Source: Tardiphaga sp. (GTDB lineage Bacteria > Pseudomonadota > Alphaproteobacteria > Rhizobiales > Xanthobacteraceae). From it: DNA of 44,996 nucleotides. The position numbers were made by a program, and so were the translations under genes. The stretch covers positions 1 through 44,996 of the forward strand of contig JAQGKA010000504.1 in NCBI GenBank assembly GCA_028290355.1, written 5' to 3'. Under the pieces are notes generated by a model. The model had not been told where the DNA came from, made no database searches, and saw only the letters and a list, made by a program, of their open reading frames with translations. Positions 44,551 through 44,996 of this stretch are shown in pieces (position 1 is the stretch's first letter; every line of letters begins with the position of its first letter).

Positions 44551-44919
44551 CTACAGTGTGTTTTTCGAGGTTAGAGCTGACCTTGCATGGGTCGCCCGCT
44601 CTATGTCTGGCGGCGGATGTTGTAGTCCTGCCATTGCACACCAGACACCGACATAGGCAGCATGCAACGACCTGTCTTCAACACTATCCTTGAAGTTCGG
44701 GTAATCGATATGGTCGATCATTGCGGCTAAAGCCTGTTTTACCACATCGCGTGGCAGAACTGCACGATACAGATAATCACTGTTGGCGTTCCGGGTTACC
44801 TTGGCATCTGGGAACACCTTCTCGATATCCCCGGCACGCCGAGCCCTGACCAGCAATTCAGCCGGGCCACAATCCTTGCTTACGATGGACAGGTAGCTGT
44901 TGTTCGTCATTATCCACAT
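44551..44919 (-). CDS. Conserved-looking hypothetical protein
   Basis: RBS GGAGA; MWI.....YLSIV, L.VRARR..DI..VFP, DY.YRA and IDY.NFKDSV. Function unknown. Confidence 0.7.
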   Translation of the reverse strand: MWIMTNNSYLSIVSKDCGPAELLVRARRAGDIEKVFPDAKVTRNANSDYLYRAVLPRDVVKQALAAMIDHIDYPNFKDSVEDRSLHAAYVGVWCAMAGLQHPPPDIERATHARSALTSKNTL

Positions 44920-44996
44920 TTGATTTCTCCCATTTCGGTAAATACGGAGATGTCAGTCTTTTTGTGGCGGGGGAGATTACCGCCAATCGGCCCCCC

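Overview
GC-rich alphaproteobacterial DNA, most like Bradyrhizobium (inferred from gene content, not from a search). It falls into four blocks. (1) 1-10.6 kb: end of a FetAB-type ABC exporter, then a divergent N-heterocycle catabolic cluster (NicC/HpxO-family flavin monooxygenase, PuuE-like hydrolase, M20 carbamoylase with a TAG at codon 2, an unannotated 59-aa AtzG/HpxX-like partner, an amidase, an NMT1/THI5-type ABC importer and MarR) with a deletion scar at its distal end. (2) 10.8-33.4 kb: a complete Xps/Hxc-style type II secretion system with a lipoprotein secretin. It is interleaved with three divergent PLC/AcpA-family phosphoesterases, an EfeO/imelysin-like protein translationally coupled to an atypical di-heme cytochrome c peroxidase/MauG-family protein, a LolA/DUF4412-like protein and a Sel1 protein. 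This is the most interesting candidate system in the window. (3) 33.4-36.8 kb: a mosaic of gene fragments (IS30, receiver domain, IalB, filamentous-haemagglutinin TPS domain, serine recombinase) and an AbiTii-domain gene. (4) 36.8-44.4 kb: an AT-richer, decaying integrative element resembling a phage satellite (P4-type integrase remnant, excisionase, split ParB/DNA methyltransferase, DUF3631 ATPase followed by iteron-like repeats, Rep_trans-like protein). It is bounded by two tRNA 3'-end att-like remnants. No intact tRNA, rRNA or CRISPR array was seen. All family assignments come from motif recognition by eye.
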